Notes under the pieces: model-generated
Told to the model about the DNA's origin: nothing
What the model saw: only the letters and a program-made list of their open reading frames with translations
The model's database searches: none
Shown: positions 19,115 to 30,172 of the stretch, one piece after another
Layout: every line of letters starts with the position of its first letter
How positions within the stretch are numbered: the stretch's first letter is position 1
IMG/VR virus record: IMGVR_UViG_3300023263_000001
Coordinates: 7,896-71,895 of that record
Length of the DNA stretch: 64,000 nt
Source: a virus
Taxonomy: Duplodnaviria > Caudoviricetes
Direction: 5' to 3' (one strand)
Made by a program: the position numbers and the translations under genes

Positions 19115-19967
19115 GTTAGGTATTTGACGGCTGACGGGCTGGTTTACTGCAGGGATTGGCCGCGGCTGCCAGAAACCGGCGAAGTTCTGCGGGGTCCTCG
19201 ATATACTCAGGGTCCGGGTCAGTGGAGTTGGGTCCGTCGACTTCGCCAGCACGGGATAACGCCCCTGCGAGGCCTGCCAAATCAATCCCGGTGTCGCGGG
19301 CTGTCCGGGATGCACGGGCCAATCGGTCCGCGTCTTCGCGGCTTGAAAAATAGATGGTTACGGAATACATGTTAGAGAAGTGTTAGGAACGTTGCGTTTC
19401 CAAAAGGCGTGATGCGTGCCGCGGCCTCGGTCTTCGGCACCTGCTCGACTTGGGTCCTGCCCGGCGCCGAGACCCACGCCACGTAGATGTGGCTGCGGTT
19501 GACGTAAGAAACCTTGCCGCTGACGGACGAGCCGTCCTTGGTGCGACACACAACGGAGTCGCCGACCTTGAAGTTGGGTGTGGACATATCAATTAGCGTT
19601 TGATGTAGGGGTTGGGCTTCGTGGGCTGAGGCACGTTGCACCACTTGTCGTAGTGCGCGTTGGTCACGGCTTCGATGTGGTCCGTGCCCTCACCGATGGG
19701 CAACGTGTAGTCGGAAACGATGACGCCGGGCTCGTTGCCAAGCACGAGGAAAAGAGTGCGCTTCTTGCCGCTCGGGTCCTTCACATATAGCTGGGCCTCG
19801 TCGCACGCAATCAGGTTCTCGATGAAGTCGTCCAGCTTGCCCTCCCGAAACTTGAAGCCCGCTTCGCCATCGTCGCCGCCGAGGAGCGTGAAGCCCGCCG
19901 CCACGAGGGACTCGAGCAGGGACTTGGTTTCGGGGACCCAGTCGTTGATGATATCTTTCATACGGGA

Positions 19968-19995
19968 AGGATACACCCACCCGGCATGAATGCAA
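19968..19995 (-). promoter_or_regulatory. Promoter, leaderless
   Basis: TTGCAT-16-TATCCT, 6 nt from ATG 19961. Confidence 0.55.
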
Positions 19996-21563
19996 GTCAG
20001 TAGTGATACGGACAGGCAGGCGGGCTACTACGGAAGGGACAGCTGCAGCCGCTCTCGAAGGTCGGCGTTCCAATAAATCCTGTGCGCGTGCGGGCAGTGT
20101 TCGCTGTCGCACATCAAGCCCTCGTGGCCATCCCACATGATGTCCTCGCCGCACTTGGCGCAGCGCACACCGGGCACACGGCGCCAGCTGTCGAAAATGT
20201 TGGCGCCGTTTTTCAAAAGGGCCAGATGTAATCGAGAAGCTTGCACACGAGCCACACGCCCGCAATAGCTCCGAGGCTAACAGAAGCGAGGACAATTACG
20301 AGTGTGAACATGTGCTGTCTTTCGAGATGTCGGTTTTGGTGAGGCGCGCAATCTCCGCCCGGAGCTCGGCGTTCTCAGCCTCCAGCTTTATCTGGTGGAC
20401 TTGATACTCACCCTGCACGTCGCGGACCTTTTGGGTCAACTGGCGCACTTCGAAGCGGAGCTTGCGTTCCTCGTCGCTCATGTTATTCGGGTCCCGGCGG
20501 CGGAGGCGGCGGCGGGAGTGGTGGCAATGGAGGCAAGGGCGGCAGCTCGTGTCCGCCAGAACTTGAACTGGAGGAGCTGGATGTTGATGTGTTTTCGTCG
20601 CTCATGGCTTGGTTCAGTCTGTCAGCGAGGGCCGACTTGACCTCTCGCTGGATGTGATGTGGGATACCATCCCACCAGTGGTCAAAGCCCGCTCGGGCCT
20701 TGAAAAATTTGATGACTTCGTATGCCAGTTGATTAGCGTTCATAGCGGTTCAGGTATCAAGTGGTCGGGGCATCGGTAGACGTAGACCTTGCCGTCGGCC
20801 CCAACAACCTTACGAGGGGCGATGGCTTCAAGCCTGTTGATTTCACGCATGAACAGCTTGAACTGCGCAGTCTTCTCTCGTGATAGTTGCACCACGATTT
20901 CCTCCATGGAGTGGCCCGCCCTCAACATGAGGTTCACGGTAGTGTCGTTAAAAAAGGCCTCGAGAAAAGCCGGGCTGACCTGTTCGAAGATGATTTCCAG
21001 CTGTGCTCGGTTTCTCATGAGTATTTCTTCACGAGGCGTGCGCCCTTGCCCTTCACGAAACCCTTGGTATCATTGGGGAAAATGACGTCCTTGAAGTTCT
21101 CATTGAACTTTTTGCGCGACGAGGTCCTGTCCTTGTCTCCCTTGCCCGGACCGGTGAGTCCGAAGTCGCGTTGATTGCCCATCATGCCGGTGTTGTGCGC
21201 CATATTAGAAAAGGGGGATGTTCGGTGGTTTGAGCGGCGGAGGTTTCGCCGAAATGTCCAGCCTCACTTGAATGTGATGCAAGGCTGTGAGCTGCTCCTT
21301 CTGAAAGGCAATGACTGTCTCGAGCTTCTTGGCTATGTCCACCAGCGTGTCAGTGACCACGGCCAATTGGTTAGGCGCAGCGGGTCCCGGGTAGGGCACC
21401 CAGTCCATCCCGTTCCATCGCTTGGCGGTGCCGTCGCTGGCAACCCAGATGGTGTCAGAGTGCGGAGGCGGGGTCATCTCACTCATCATTTTCGTGAGAG
21501 TGTCGTCGGTCTTGCCCAGCTGTTTCACGGTGCTGAACACGTTGTTAACTTCGCCTGTGTCGC

Positions 21564-21824
21564 TCATGTGATTTTGTTTTGGTCGCTGCCCTCTTCGGAC
21601 CGGCCCACGTCCTCGATGTCATACGCCGATGGGTCGTCATAATCGTAGGTGTTGCAGTCCACCCCATCTACGCCGTCGCGCCCATCCTTGCCCGAGAGCC
21701 CCACTGGCCCCGGGAATCCTCGTGAGCCGGGCTCGCCTCTGTCGCCCTTCGGCCCGCGGCGACTGACCAGCGCACCGAAAATGCAGCCCAGCATGAAGAA
21801 GACGATGTAGTGCTCGAGGTTCAC
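21564..21824 (-). CDS. Membrane-anchored mini collagen-like protein
   Basis: N-terminal TM helix then about 9 Gly-X-Y triplets (GPKGDRGEPGSRGFPGPVGLSGKDGRDGVDG). Confidence 0.6.
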   Translation of the reverse strand: MNLEHYIVFFMLGCIFGALVSRRGPKGDRGEPGSRGFPGPVGLSGKDGRDGVDGVDCNTYDYDDPSAYDIEDVGRSEEGSDQNKIT

Positions 21825-22738
21825 GTGGCCTTTGTTTTCGGGTCGTGATACGCCACCGTGAAAAGCGTGCCCATCGGGATGACAGCGACCACGCGTTTGT
21901 GTTCGTCATAGCACACGGTGGAACCGTAGTCCGGCTTCATGTCGAAGGACTGACACTTGACGTGTTGAAGCCCACCAGACTCGGAGAATATTGCGACTAG
22001 CAGATAGGATTTCATTCTGCTGCACCATTCCCCGACTCAGGCGCTAGGTCAACTTTCACTGGCGGAAGAATCGTGGGTTGCACCACCTCGCCCGCGCCGA
22101 CCTGCTCCATTTGCTTCTGGCACTTGTAGAGGAAGTTGATGCCGTCGCAAATCATCTGCGCCGTCTCGGACTGGCGCGTGGTGGCAAAGAATCCGGGATG
22201 CACTGGCTTGCTCGGGTCGCTCTCGATGTTGACCACGACCACGAATATTCCCGGGCGCGTGGGGTTCTGCACATACTCGCAGATGTTTCCGCTCTCGGGA
22301 AAGGGATAGAAAGGAATGTTCTTGCGCTCCTCGGCGAGCTGCTCCTCGCTCACCTCTTGCTCAGGCGCCTTGGAATAGTTGGCGCCCTGCACCACTACCT
22401 TGTTGGAGGCGTGCTGCGCGAACTGCGCCTTGATGTTGTCGATGTTCTTCGCCGTCGGATGTAGAGGGCGAAATTGCTTTGGGTCGTGGTCGTGAGGTCT
22501 GGGTGTGTCGTGGCTCATATGGTTTGTTATTGGTTAGGCGGAAAACCTAGGGCAATCAGCCACAGGTTGTGGAACTCTTGAAGCATCTGCTCGGCGCCCA
22601 CTTCGTTGGTGGCGCGAACCAGCACGCGGTCGCCATTGCGAAGCGACACGTAAAGGCCGAAGCGTGGTCCGACCGTGTCGCGTTCAGCAAACAGGATTTC
22701 GGCTGGGTTGAAAAGCAGGTATGCGAATCGGAATGGTT

Positions 22739-22999
22739 TCATGATTGAGGCTTGTTTTTGGATTGGGCGAGTGCTAGGAAAACGAACTCGCGTCGACTAA
22801 TTTCAGTGGCGCCGAGCTGCACCGCGATTGCACGCTTGGCCTTGCAAATGTCATAGTGAGGATATCGGTCGTTCTGAAACCAGCGACGCGACACGCCGAG
22901 ATGGTCGGCCATGGCATGCAGCTCCTCCACCGTGTCCGCCAACAAATGACACATCATCATTCGGCCATAAGGCCAGACTGCTGCATCGACGTAGGTCAT
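22739..22999 (-). CDS. DUF4031-family protein
   Basis: MCHLLADTVEELHAMA..LG..RRWFQ...PHYDI.K.KR..A signature. Confidence 0.75.
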   Translation of the reverse strand: MTYVDAAVWPYGRMMMCHLLADTVEELHAMADHLGVSRRWFQNDRYPHYDICKAKRAIAVQLGATEISRREFVFLALAQSKNKPQS

Positions 23000-23929
23000 A
23001 ACATTGGGGGTCGTTCGTTCAGCAGCTTGCTGAGGTTATTGGTTAGGCCGGTGCGGGTCGCGATGATGTCGGACAACAGCAGGTCGCACTCGGCCTTGGT
23101 TGCGCGAACGTTTTTGTTCAGGCCACTGACACGCGCACCGAAAACATAGTTCTTTGTGGGCACCTGCACGTTATCCACGTCGAGCTTCTTGGATAGTCGG
23201 GCCAGCTGGGCTTCGGTCTTGCCGGACATGGACGCGTAAAAGCTTTCGAGGTCATCCTGTGCGGAGCGCACCTGCTCAACCCAAGTGCGGAGCTTGTGGT
23301 TGTTCGTGGCCTTCGCAATTTTCATCCACTGGTCTAGGTCAACCTCGGGCTTGTGTGCATCGCGGTGCGCAAGCAGCTGTGATTGGTGTTGGTCGATGAA
23401 GTCGAGGAGTTCATGAGACCACTTGGTTTCATCATCTAGCTCGGCCACCGGGTCGCGTTGCGCCTGCTCGGCAGCATAGATGAAGTCCTCGTAGGTCGCA
23501 TGTGACCAAGGGATTTCCAAATAATACTGGCGACGCAGCACCAGCTTCCAAAAGTCGCCCTCAATGGCCGCCGCTTCGCGTGTGGTGAAAGCAGTGGCGC
23601 AGGGAAAACGTCGTGCCGTGTTAGGGTCCTCGGATATCTTGACCTTGGTGCGTTCGTCACTCGCGTCCTGTGGCGTGATGCCGTAGCAGTCCGCGTTGAA
23701 CACACCGACCGGTCGGCCGAAAGCAGATGGGTCACGAAAGACGTCAGAGCCCACGGAAAAACGGAAGTGGTATGGCGTGAGCGAGCTCTGGCACCAGTAG
23801 ACGTGACGGAACTTCTGGTGGCTGCCGTATTTGGAACCGGCGTTGAACGTGTTGTGTGTTTGCACGCACGGAATATATGTGAGGACCCGCCACGGCGTCA
23901 ACTAATGGAGTTGCGGAGCGCGTCCATGA

Positions 23930-24054
23930 GTCCAAAAACGGGTAGTAACTCTATGGAACCCCAAGAGTCAAGTCCACACACGTCACAATCAATACATATA
24001 TATAGATATGATATGAGTCGTGGGGTTTATAGGAGTTACATGCCGTTTTTGGAC
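23930..24054. repeat. Imperfect inverted repeat with AT-rich core at the transcription divergence point
   Basis: GTCCAAAAACGG/CCGTTTTTGGAC (12 bp perfect), GTAACTC/GAGTTAC, AACCCCA/TGGGGTT arms around ATACATATATATAGATAT. Confidence 0.7.
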
Positions 24055-24369
24055 TTGTGACTTGGTGGCTCCATGGCTTACGGAAACACGGGACCGACGC
24101 CGGGCCTTCGGCCTGTTTTCTTTTTGACCAGCGCGTGGCGAGTTAATTGACGCGGGCCGCGGGCGCACACTTATTCAGCGTGCAAGACCCCAAAGACAAG
24201 CCCAAGGACCACGAGGCCGAGCTGTTCGACAAGTCCAGCGAGAAGGCCAAGGAGCTATTCGCTGAGGCCAAGAAGGTGCGGCGCCAAGCGGAGCGTCGGA
24301 CGTGGTGGAATGAACACAAGCCGAAAGCGGATTGACATTGGACGAACAGGCCACACTTCTTTTGTCACC

Positions 24370-24849
24370 ATGACAGAAGCTGAGAAGGCCTATCAACGAG
24401 AGTATCGACTCCGAAACAAGGAGCGGCTCAAAGCCCAGCGTGCCACGTATCGAGCCCGGAACAGCGCAACCCACCGCGCATGGCGCGCCAAAAACAAGGA
24501 GCGGATAAATGAGCTTCGCCGAGCTCGGTATCAACGCAACCCGGAGAAACATATCGCGGCGACACGCGCCCATTACGCCAAGAACGCGGACCGCATCAGG
24601 CGTCGGACGCAGCTTAAGCGGTATGGGATGACCGAAGAGCAATACACCGTGCTGGCTGTGGCACAGAACAGCATGTGCGCCATTTGCGGACGAGAGTTGG
24701 TTCGGCCACATATCGACCACGACCACGACACCGGCAAAATCCGCGGGCTCCTTTGCACTCAATGCAACACTGCAATTGGTTTGCTTCAAGACAGCTCGAA
24801 GGTGGCGTTCAACGCAGCAAATTATCTCCTTTCACATGGCAAATCCTAG
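24370..24849 (+). CDS. Endonuclease VII-like (HNH) endonuclease
   Basis: CAICG...HIDHDHDTGKIRGLLCTQCNTAIG. Confidence 0.85.
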   Translation: MTEAEKAYQREYRLRNKERLKAQRATYRARNSATHRAWRAKNKERINELRRARYQRNPEKHIAATRAHYAKNADRIRRRTQLKRYGMTEEQYTVLAVAQNSMCAICGRELVRPHIDHDHDTGKIRGLLCTQCNTAIGLLQDSSKVAFNAANYLLSHGKS

Positions 24850-25480
24850 ACCCATTGACAAGAACAAAGTGGACGTGGCTCAAGCCTTCTTGGTTTTTAT
24901 GTCGCTGCTGGGCGACTGTGACAAGGCTGCAGTGGCTCTCGACCTTGAGCCCGAGCAGGTCAGGTCGCTCGCCGAGTCCGAAGGATGGCAGGACAAAATC
25001 AGACGAGTGTCCTTGATGAGTAAATCAGGGCGCCCGGGCGACTTCGAACGCTCAGTTAATCGAGCGATGAATTTCTGCCAAGCTCAGTGCCTTCGCAACC
25101 AAGTGGACCGGCTGCTCAGCGAGGTCACTGCCATGACCAACGACGAGCTTTTGGCGCGTGCGTGCGTGCGGACCAAGACCGGCGACTTGCAGCTGAGTGC
25201 CAAGTTTTTCGTGGACCTTGCCAACGCAGCTGAGGCGGCTCAGCGGATGAGCTACGCAGCCCTTTCTGACACTGCTGGGGAGAGAGCGGACCGCGAATCT
25301 GGTGGCTCGCCCAACTCAAGCAGCAATGACCTGCACGCAGCTATCATCGCCAGCCTTTCGAACCCGAGTGCTGACCCCGGACCAATCACGCAACGCCTTA
25401 TTGTGGAAGCAAATGAGAAAGCACGAGAGCGTGCATCAGTGAGACCACAACAAGGCCAATCCGTAGAACCGCTGGACTAG
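24836..25480 (+). CDS. Putative terminase small subunit
   Basis: N-terminal HTH-like segment (DKAAVALDLEPEQVRSLAESEGW), helical middle; followed by a non-coding tract; largely inference. Confidence 0.4.
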   Translation: MANPRPIDKNKVDVAQAFLVFMSLLGDCDKAAVALDLEPEQVRSLAESEGWQDKIRRVSLMSKSGRPGDFERSVNRAMNFCQAQCLRNQVDRLLSEVTAMTNDELLARACVRTKTGDLQLSAKFFVDLANAAEAAQRMSYAALSDTAGERADRESGGSPNSSSNDLHAAIIASLSNPSADPGPITQRLIVEANEKARERASVRPQQGQSVEPLD

Positions 25481-25803
25481 GCAGATTCTGCCCAGCAGTG
25501 AGCGAAAAGCGAGCGAGGGTCTCGGGGTCGACTCGAGGCCTTCGGCATCCTGAGTATCCTAAGTGATTCACTTATGATGGGTGAATACACCCAATCCCGT
25601 TATACCCTGAGTCGCATAGCCTGATACTCAGCACGTTACGCGTTGCCTAACTGCCCACACCCGCAACGCGGACCGCTAAGCAGAATTTGCCGGGCAAAAT
25701 GCAGGGGTGGCCACGGGGGAATCGAGGGGGGCGAGCTCGGCTCAGGTGTCCGGGCGCGGCATAAAATTCCGGTTCACCGGGCCAACGGGGTAAAACTTGC
25801 CAG

Positions 25804-25833
25804 TTGACAATTCCCCCGTATGCCTCACCTCTT
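25804..25833 (+). promoter_or_regulatory. Phage-type promoter TTGACA-16-CACCTCTT
   Basis: Matches the motif recurring at 30138, 31890, 36500, 38969, 42344, 44169, 63555. Confidence 0.55.
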
Positions 25834-25840
25834 GTTTGAC

Positions 25841-26344
25841 ATGAAGACTTGCAGGTTCTGCGGGGCGACCCGGGACGACAAAGAATTCCACTCGAAAGGG
25901 CGGGGTCAGCGTGACACCCTTTGCCGGGGGTGCCGACAAGAGAGGGAGCGCGCTGAATACGCTTTATCGCTTTCTCCCGACGAGCTTAACCGGTTGACTC
26001 AGCTCCGCGAAGCCCGGGGCCTTTCACCTGCGGAAAAAGAAAAGCGGCGTCAACGCTGGTCCCGAGAGCTGAAGGCCATGCGGGTAAGACGACTGAATGA
26101 CTACAAGAGAGCCCAACCCTGCAAGGACTGCGGACAGCACCTTATTCCAGAGGCCATGGATTTCGACCACCTCGGGGACAAGTCCTTTGATATATCCAAA
26201 GGAAACCGCAAGCGCTCGTGGCCAGCAGTCCTTTCCGAAATCGCCAAGTGCGACCTCGTGTGCGCCAACTGCCACAGGGTCCGCACCGCTCGACGTCGCG
26301 AAGGTCTTCCGGCAGTGCAACCTCCCGAGGACTACTGCATTTGA
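25841..26344 (+). CDS. HNH endonuclease
   Basis: CKDCG...MDFDH...EIAKCDLVCANCHRVRT. Confidence 0.85.
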   Translation: MKTCRFCGATRDDKEFHSKGRGQRDTLCRGCRQERERAEYALSLSPDELNRLTQLREARGLSPAEKEKRRQRWSRELKAMRVRRLNDYKRAQPCKDCGQHLIPEAMDFDHLGDKSFDISKGNRKRSWPAVLSEIAKCDLVCANCHRVRTARRREGLPAVQPPEDYCI

Positions 26345-26415
26345 GCGGTCAGAAAAACGCACCCGTATTTCTGACAAGACTTGACAGCCGCCACAACGGT
26401 GCGACTTTTCCCCGT

Positions 26416-27781
26416 ATGACACATGAAACCCAATCGTCGTTCGGTGGCTTCCGGCCAGCGGCGCCCAAGTTCCCGCCACCTGTCCCCGCTCCCGCGGCGC
26501 CCGCCATCACCCCCGAAAACCCATGGGGAAACTGGTGGGTGTTTGCCGTGTTTGTCGCCATCTTCGGAGGTCGCTGATACCATGATACCCGCCGCCCAAG
26601 TCGAAGCTGCTTTTCGCGCCGAGCTCAAGGCCCTTCTGAACAAGTGGGGCGCGGAGCTCGAGGCCCGCGACCACTGGCAGGGATACGCCGAGTGCGGCGA
26701 GGACGTCCGCATGACCGTGACCATACCGGGCCACTGGGACAAGGAAACGGGCGACACCGTGCGCGAGTTCACCGAGGTGGACCTCGGCACCTTGCAAGAC
26801 GGAACCCCACCCAAATCATGAAACTTACCTTCGTTGTCCAACGCAAGAGCTGGATTTTCTGGCGTAATTTCGCGCTATACAACAAGCTGTCCGACGCCCT
26901 CGACATCTTGAGGTGGATGCGGACCCACAGCAGCAGCGGCGCGAAGTGGCGCTTGCACATTCTCGAAAAATAGTTTTTGACAGGGGCGAAGCCCAGTGCG
27001 ACCTTGCGTCATGAACATCAACGTCACCCACATCTCCGAACCGGCCAACCCCTTCGAAGTGCGACGACCCATCGAGCTCGCCTTCGACATGGGCGCCCGA
27101 CCCCTCAAGCTGAACCTCACCATCGAAGAGGCCTACCAGCTGCGCTACGCGCTGGACGGCGCGCTCAGTGTGGCCATGGACCGAGAATCTTCGGGTTGGA
27201 ATTTGACACCGTTCGAAACTGTGCGATAGGTCTGACATGAAACGCTACCTGCTGTTTTTCTACGAGCGGTTCTACCCGAGGGGCGGATGGCACGACCTCA
27301 CTGGACAGTTTCACACTCTCGAGCAGGCCAAAGAAGTAGCGAAGGCCAAGTCCTGCGGTGTGAGACACGACGACTACTATCAAATCGTCGACATGGCCAC
27401 TCGGACCGTGGTCGACACGAACGACCGCAACGCACCTACACCAGAATGAAAACCTACGAAGAAATGCGCGCCCGGCTGGCTGAACAGCAGAATATCTTTG
27501 CTCGACTCAAGATGGAGCAGCGCGACGCATATACCAACCAGTGGATGGAAGCCATCGAGACAAAGCTGGAAGCGGCCCACGCTTCAGTTGGCGCGGTGGA
27601 CAGCGTGGCGGTGTCCTCCAACTCCCTCCCCATCTCGAACCAGAACGTGGTTGAGGGGGCCCGGGAGGAGGCAGCGTATGAAGTGCAGTGTCGCGTTCAG
27701 AGGCTGGGATATCACGCTCGAGTGGACGGGATTTCCAGCAGTGCATCTGTCTGGGTCCATGTATATTGGTGCGATGAATAA
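26416..27781 (+). other. Small hypothetical CDSs (26416-26577, 26582-26821, 26818-26973, 27011-27229, 27237-27449, 27446-27781), three with TTGACA promoters a few nt upstream
   Basis: TTGACA at 26381, 26977 and 27203, each followed by GTGCGA and an ATG 5-7 nt after the putative -10. Confidence 0.55.
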
Positions 27782-27787
27782 CACCCC

Positions 27788-28459
27788 ATGAAAGTCTTCG
27801 CATACCTACGGGTCAGCACCAAGGAACAGCTAGACGGCGGCGGCTTCGACCGCCAGCTGGACACCATCACCACCTTGACCGGGGCGCGTGGTTGGCCCAT
27901 CGCCCGCGTGTTCAAGGACCAGCAGTCCGGAGGCACCGAGTTCGATGGGCGCGCTGGGCTGCAGGAAATCTTGTCGCTGGCTGGCGAGTGCAACGCGCTG
28001 GGCATCGACACCGTGGTGGTGGAGAACGCCTCGCGAATTGCGCGTGACCTGATTGTGCAGGAGCTTTTCCTGACGGAGTGTCGCAAGAAGGGAATTAAGG
28101 TTTACGCCGCTGACACCGGCGAGGAGTTGGTCATGGCTGACGCCGACCCCTCTCGCGTGCTGATGCGCCAGATTTTCGGCGCACTCGCGCAGTGGGAAAA
28201 ATCCCAAACGGTCCTGAAGCTCCAAGCCGGTCGGCGCAAGAAGGCCCGTGAGACCGGGGAGCCGTGCGGTGGCCCGAAGCCCTACGGGCAGACTGAGCAG
28301 GAGAAAATGGTAATTGCGGAGATATTGAAACTTCGAAAGCTGGGAAAATCTCTTCAGTCCATCGCCCACTATCTGGCGGGAATGGGGTTCCCCGCCCCGG
28401 GCGGAGACTACTGGCACAAGGCCACGGTCCACACCATCATCTTGAGACATTCAAAATGA
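27788..28459 (+). CDS. Serine recombinase (resolvase catalytic domain plus short C-terminal DNA-binding domain)
   Basis: YLRVST..Q...RQ, SGG, VVENASRIARD, QIFGALAQWEK. Confidence 0.9.
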   Translation: MKVFAYLRVSTKEQLDGGGFDRQLDTITTLTGARGWPIARVFKDQQSGGTEFDGRAGLQEILSLAGECNALGIDTVVVENASRIARDLIVQELFLTECRKKGIKVYAADTGEELVMADADPSRVLMRQIFGALAQWEKSQTVLKLQAGRRKKARETGEPCGGPKPYGQTEQEKMVIAEILKLRKLGKSLQSIAHYLAGMGFPAPGGDYWHKATVHTIILRHSK

Positions 28460-28791
28460 AGCGCGACAAAAAACTTTTCGGCTTCGTGGAGTGCATGCTG
28501 CACTTTTACGCAGTAGAGTTCGGGCTGAGGCTCAAGAAGGTCCGGCCGCTCTCTCTGAAGAAAAACTTTTACGGCGACTGTGTCAAGAAGACCGGCCGCA
28601 TCCGGATTCAGGTGAGGCGCCGAGGCGTGGGCAAGCTTCTTGCCTATCAAATAGCGGACACCATGGCCCACGAGCTGGCGCACCTGAAGTATATGAACCA
28701 TGGAGAACGTTGGTTCCGATTCTACACGCAGGTGCTCCATCGAATCGGCCGCGGCAGCTTTTACAGCCAGCTGCAGGGGAGGTTGAAGTGA
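28456..28791 (+). CDS. Zincin-like metallopeptidase (YgjP/WLM-like)
   Basis: TMAHELAHLKYMNHGERW. Confidence 0.7.
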   Translation: MKRDKKLFGFVECMLHFYAVEFGLRLKKVRPLSLKKNFYGDCVKKTGRIRIQVRRRGVGKLLAYQIADTMAHELAHLKYMNHGERWFRFYTQVLHRIGRGSFYSQLQGRLK

Positions 28792-28816
28792 AAAATCCAA
28801 AGCCGAAAAAGAAGAC

Positions 28817-29547
28817 GTGGGGCGGCAAATATCTGAAATCCTGAATCGCGCACGACAGCGTAACAAGTCCGCATATCGAATTATTATGTGCGGGTGGGGC
28901 AACGAATGCTATCTTAGGTTGAAGATAGACCACCAGCAATTCACCATTGCGGGTGAGGGAACAAAGAAAGAGGCCCTGTGGCTGAAGAAACAGCTGAAGG
29001 TCGCGCTCGACCGCATGCTCGCCAACTGGTGACCTATGGGATACAACGCCGCAAAACAAATCGAGCAAGAGTTTGACCGACTCTGCAAGACCAACTCCAT
29101 GTTCAAGGAGTTCGTGGAGTTCTGCCCCGAGGCCTCGATGGAACAGAGCCTCGAGAGCTGGAAGTGGGTGCAGGCCCTCGTCGAGAAGGCCATACACCGA
29201 ACCATCCGTGATTTGACCACGCACGGAAAACCTGCGACGTTGGACCAACCGAAAGACCGATGAATAGCAAAATAATCACAGCACCAAACGGGGTTCTTTT
29301 CCGGGCCGAGCACATCCTCTCCGTGTCCCCTGTGTGCAAACCGGACGAAGCGGGAGAGGTGGGCTACTTTGCAGTTTACGTGATTGGATGCGACGAGCCA
29401 TACCTTCTCTGCGCGCAGCATCCGGGAGGAGACCTGCACGACTTCGAGAATGAAGTTGAACAGGCCGAGGCCACCGAGAAGGCCCAGAAAGAATTTGTGC
29501 AGGCATGGGCCGACGCGCTTAAAGAGCACAATTTTCAAAACAACTAG
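28817..29547 (+). other. Three small hypothetical CDSs (28817-29032, 29036-29263, 29260-29547)
   Basis: Contiguous ORFs with coupled starts. Confidence 0.5.
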
Positions 29548-29674
29548 GTATGTTCTCACTCGCAACCATCCAAAGAATGAATAATGCCGTCGAGTCGGGC
29601 AAAGCTCGACGCCGCGCACGCGCACTCAACGCCAAAAACAAGAAACACCCGAAGAACGCGGAGAAAACTGGGAA

Positions 29675-30106
29675 ATGAAAATCGCATACGTCGCCGGTCC
29701 CTTCCGCGCCAAGAATTCTTGGCTCATCGAGCAAAACATTCGCCGGGCCGAAGAGCTTTCGCTCGAGGTCTGGAACATCCCGGGATGGTGCGCCATCTGC
29801 CCGCACACCAACACGCGTTTCTTCCAAGGTGCGGCGCCGGACCAAGTGTGGCTCGAGGGCGACCTCGAGATACTTCGTCGTTGTGACGCCGTGGTGCTCA
29901 CGTGGGACTGGCGAATTTCGAGCGGAGCCCGCGCCGAGGTGGAAGAGGCCCTGCGTATCAAGCTTCCAATTTTTGACTGCGCCGGGAGTCTGAAAGAAAA
30001 TCACCACCTGAATCCACATTGGTTGAGGCTGGCGTTGGACAACCACGGTCGCGACATCGTTCCTGCAGTTTACGAGGACTTTGACGGCTTCGGACGCACG
30101 GATTGA
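29675..30106 (+). CDS. Nucleoside deoxyribosyltransferase-like (DUF4406/DUF1937-type) protein
   Basis: AYVAGP, CPH, DLEILRRCDAV, W..SSGARAEV. Confidence 0.7.
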   Translation: MKIAYVAGPFRAKNSWLIEQNIRRAEELSLEVWNIPGWCAICPHTNTRFFQGAAPDQVWLEGDLEILRRCDAVVLTWDWRISSGARAEVEEALRIKLPIFDCAGSLKENHHLNPHWLRLALDNHGRDIVPAVYEDFDGFGRTD

Positions 30107-30172
30107 TTTGCAGTCACATTCATTTTCTGTCCGCGAATTGACATTCCGGAAAAATGCAAATCTCTTTGGTGA

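Larger units (their letters stand above)
18220..23901 (-). other. Early-region cluster of about 19 small hypothetical CDSs
   Basis: Tightly packed co-oriented ORFs (e.g. 18443-18841 with SWGYDQTNVDYFQV, 19593-19961, 20483-20743 S/P-rich, 22012-22518, 22996-23901). Confidence 0.6.

Noticed and set aside
20483-20600. Ser/Pro low-complexity repeats as a functional array
   Set aside because: Simple in-frame low-complexity tail of a small protein; no spacer structure.
27788-28791. IS607-family transposon
   Set aside because: The recombinase has the catalytic domain first with no N-terminal MerR-like HTH, and the next gene is a metallopeptidase, not TnpB.
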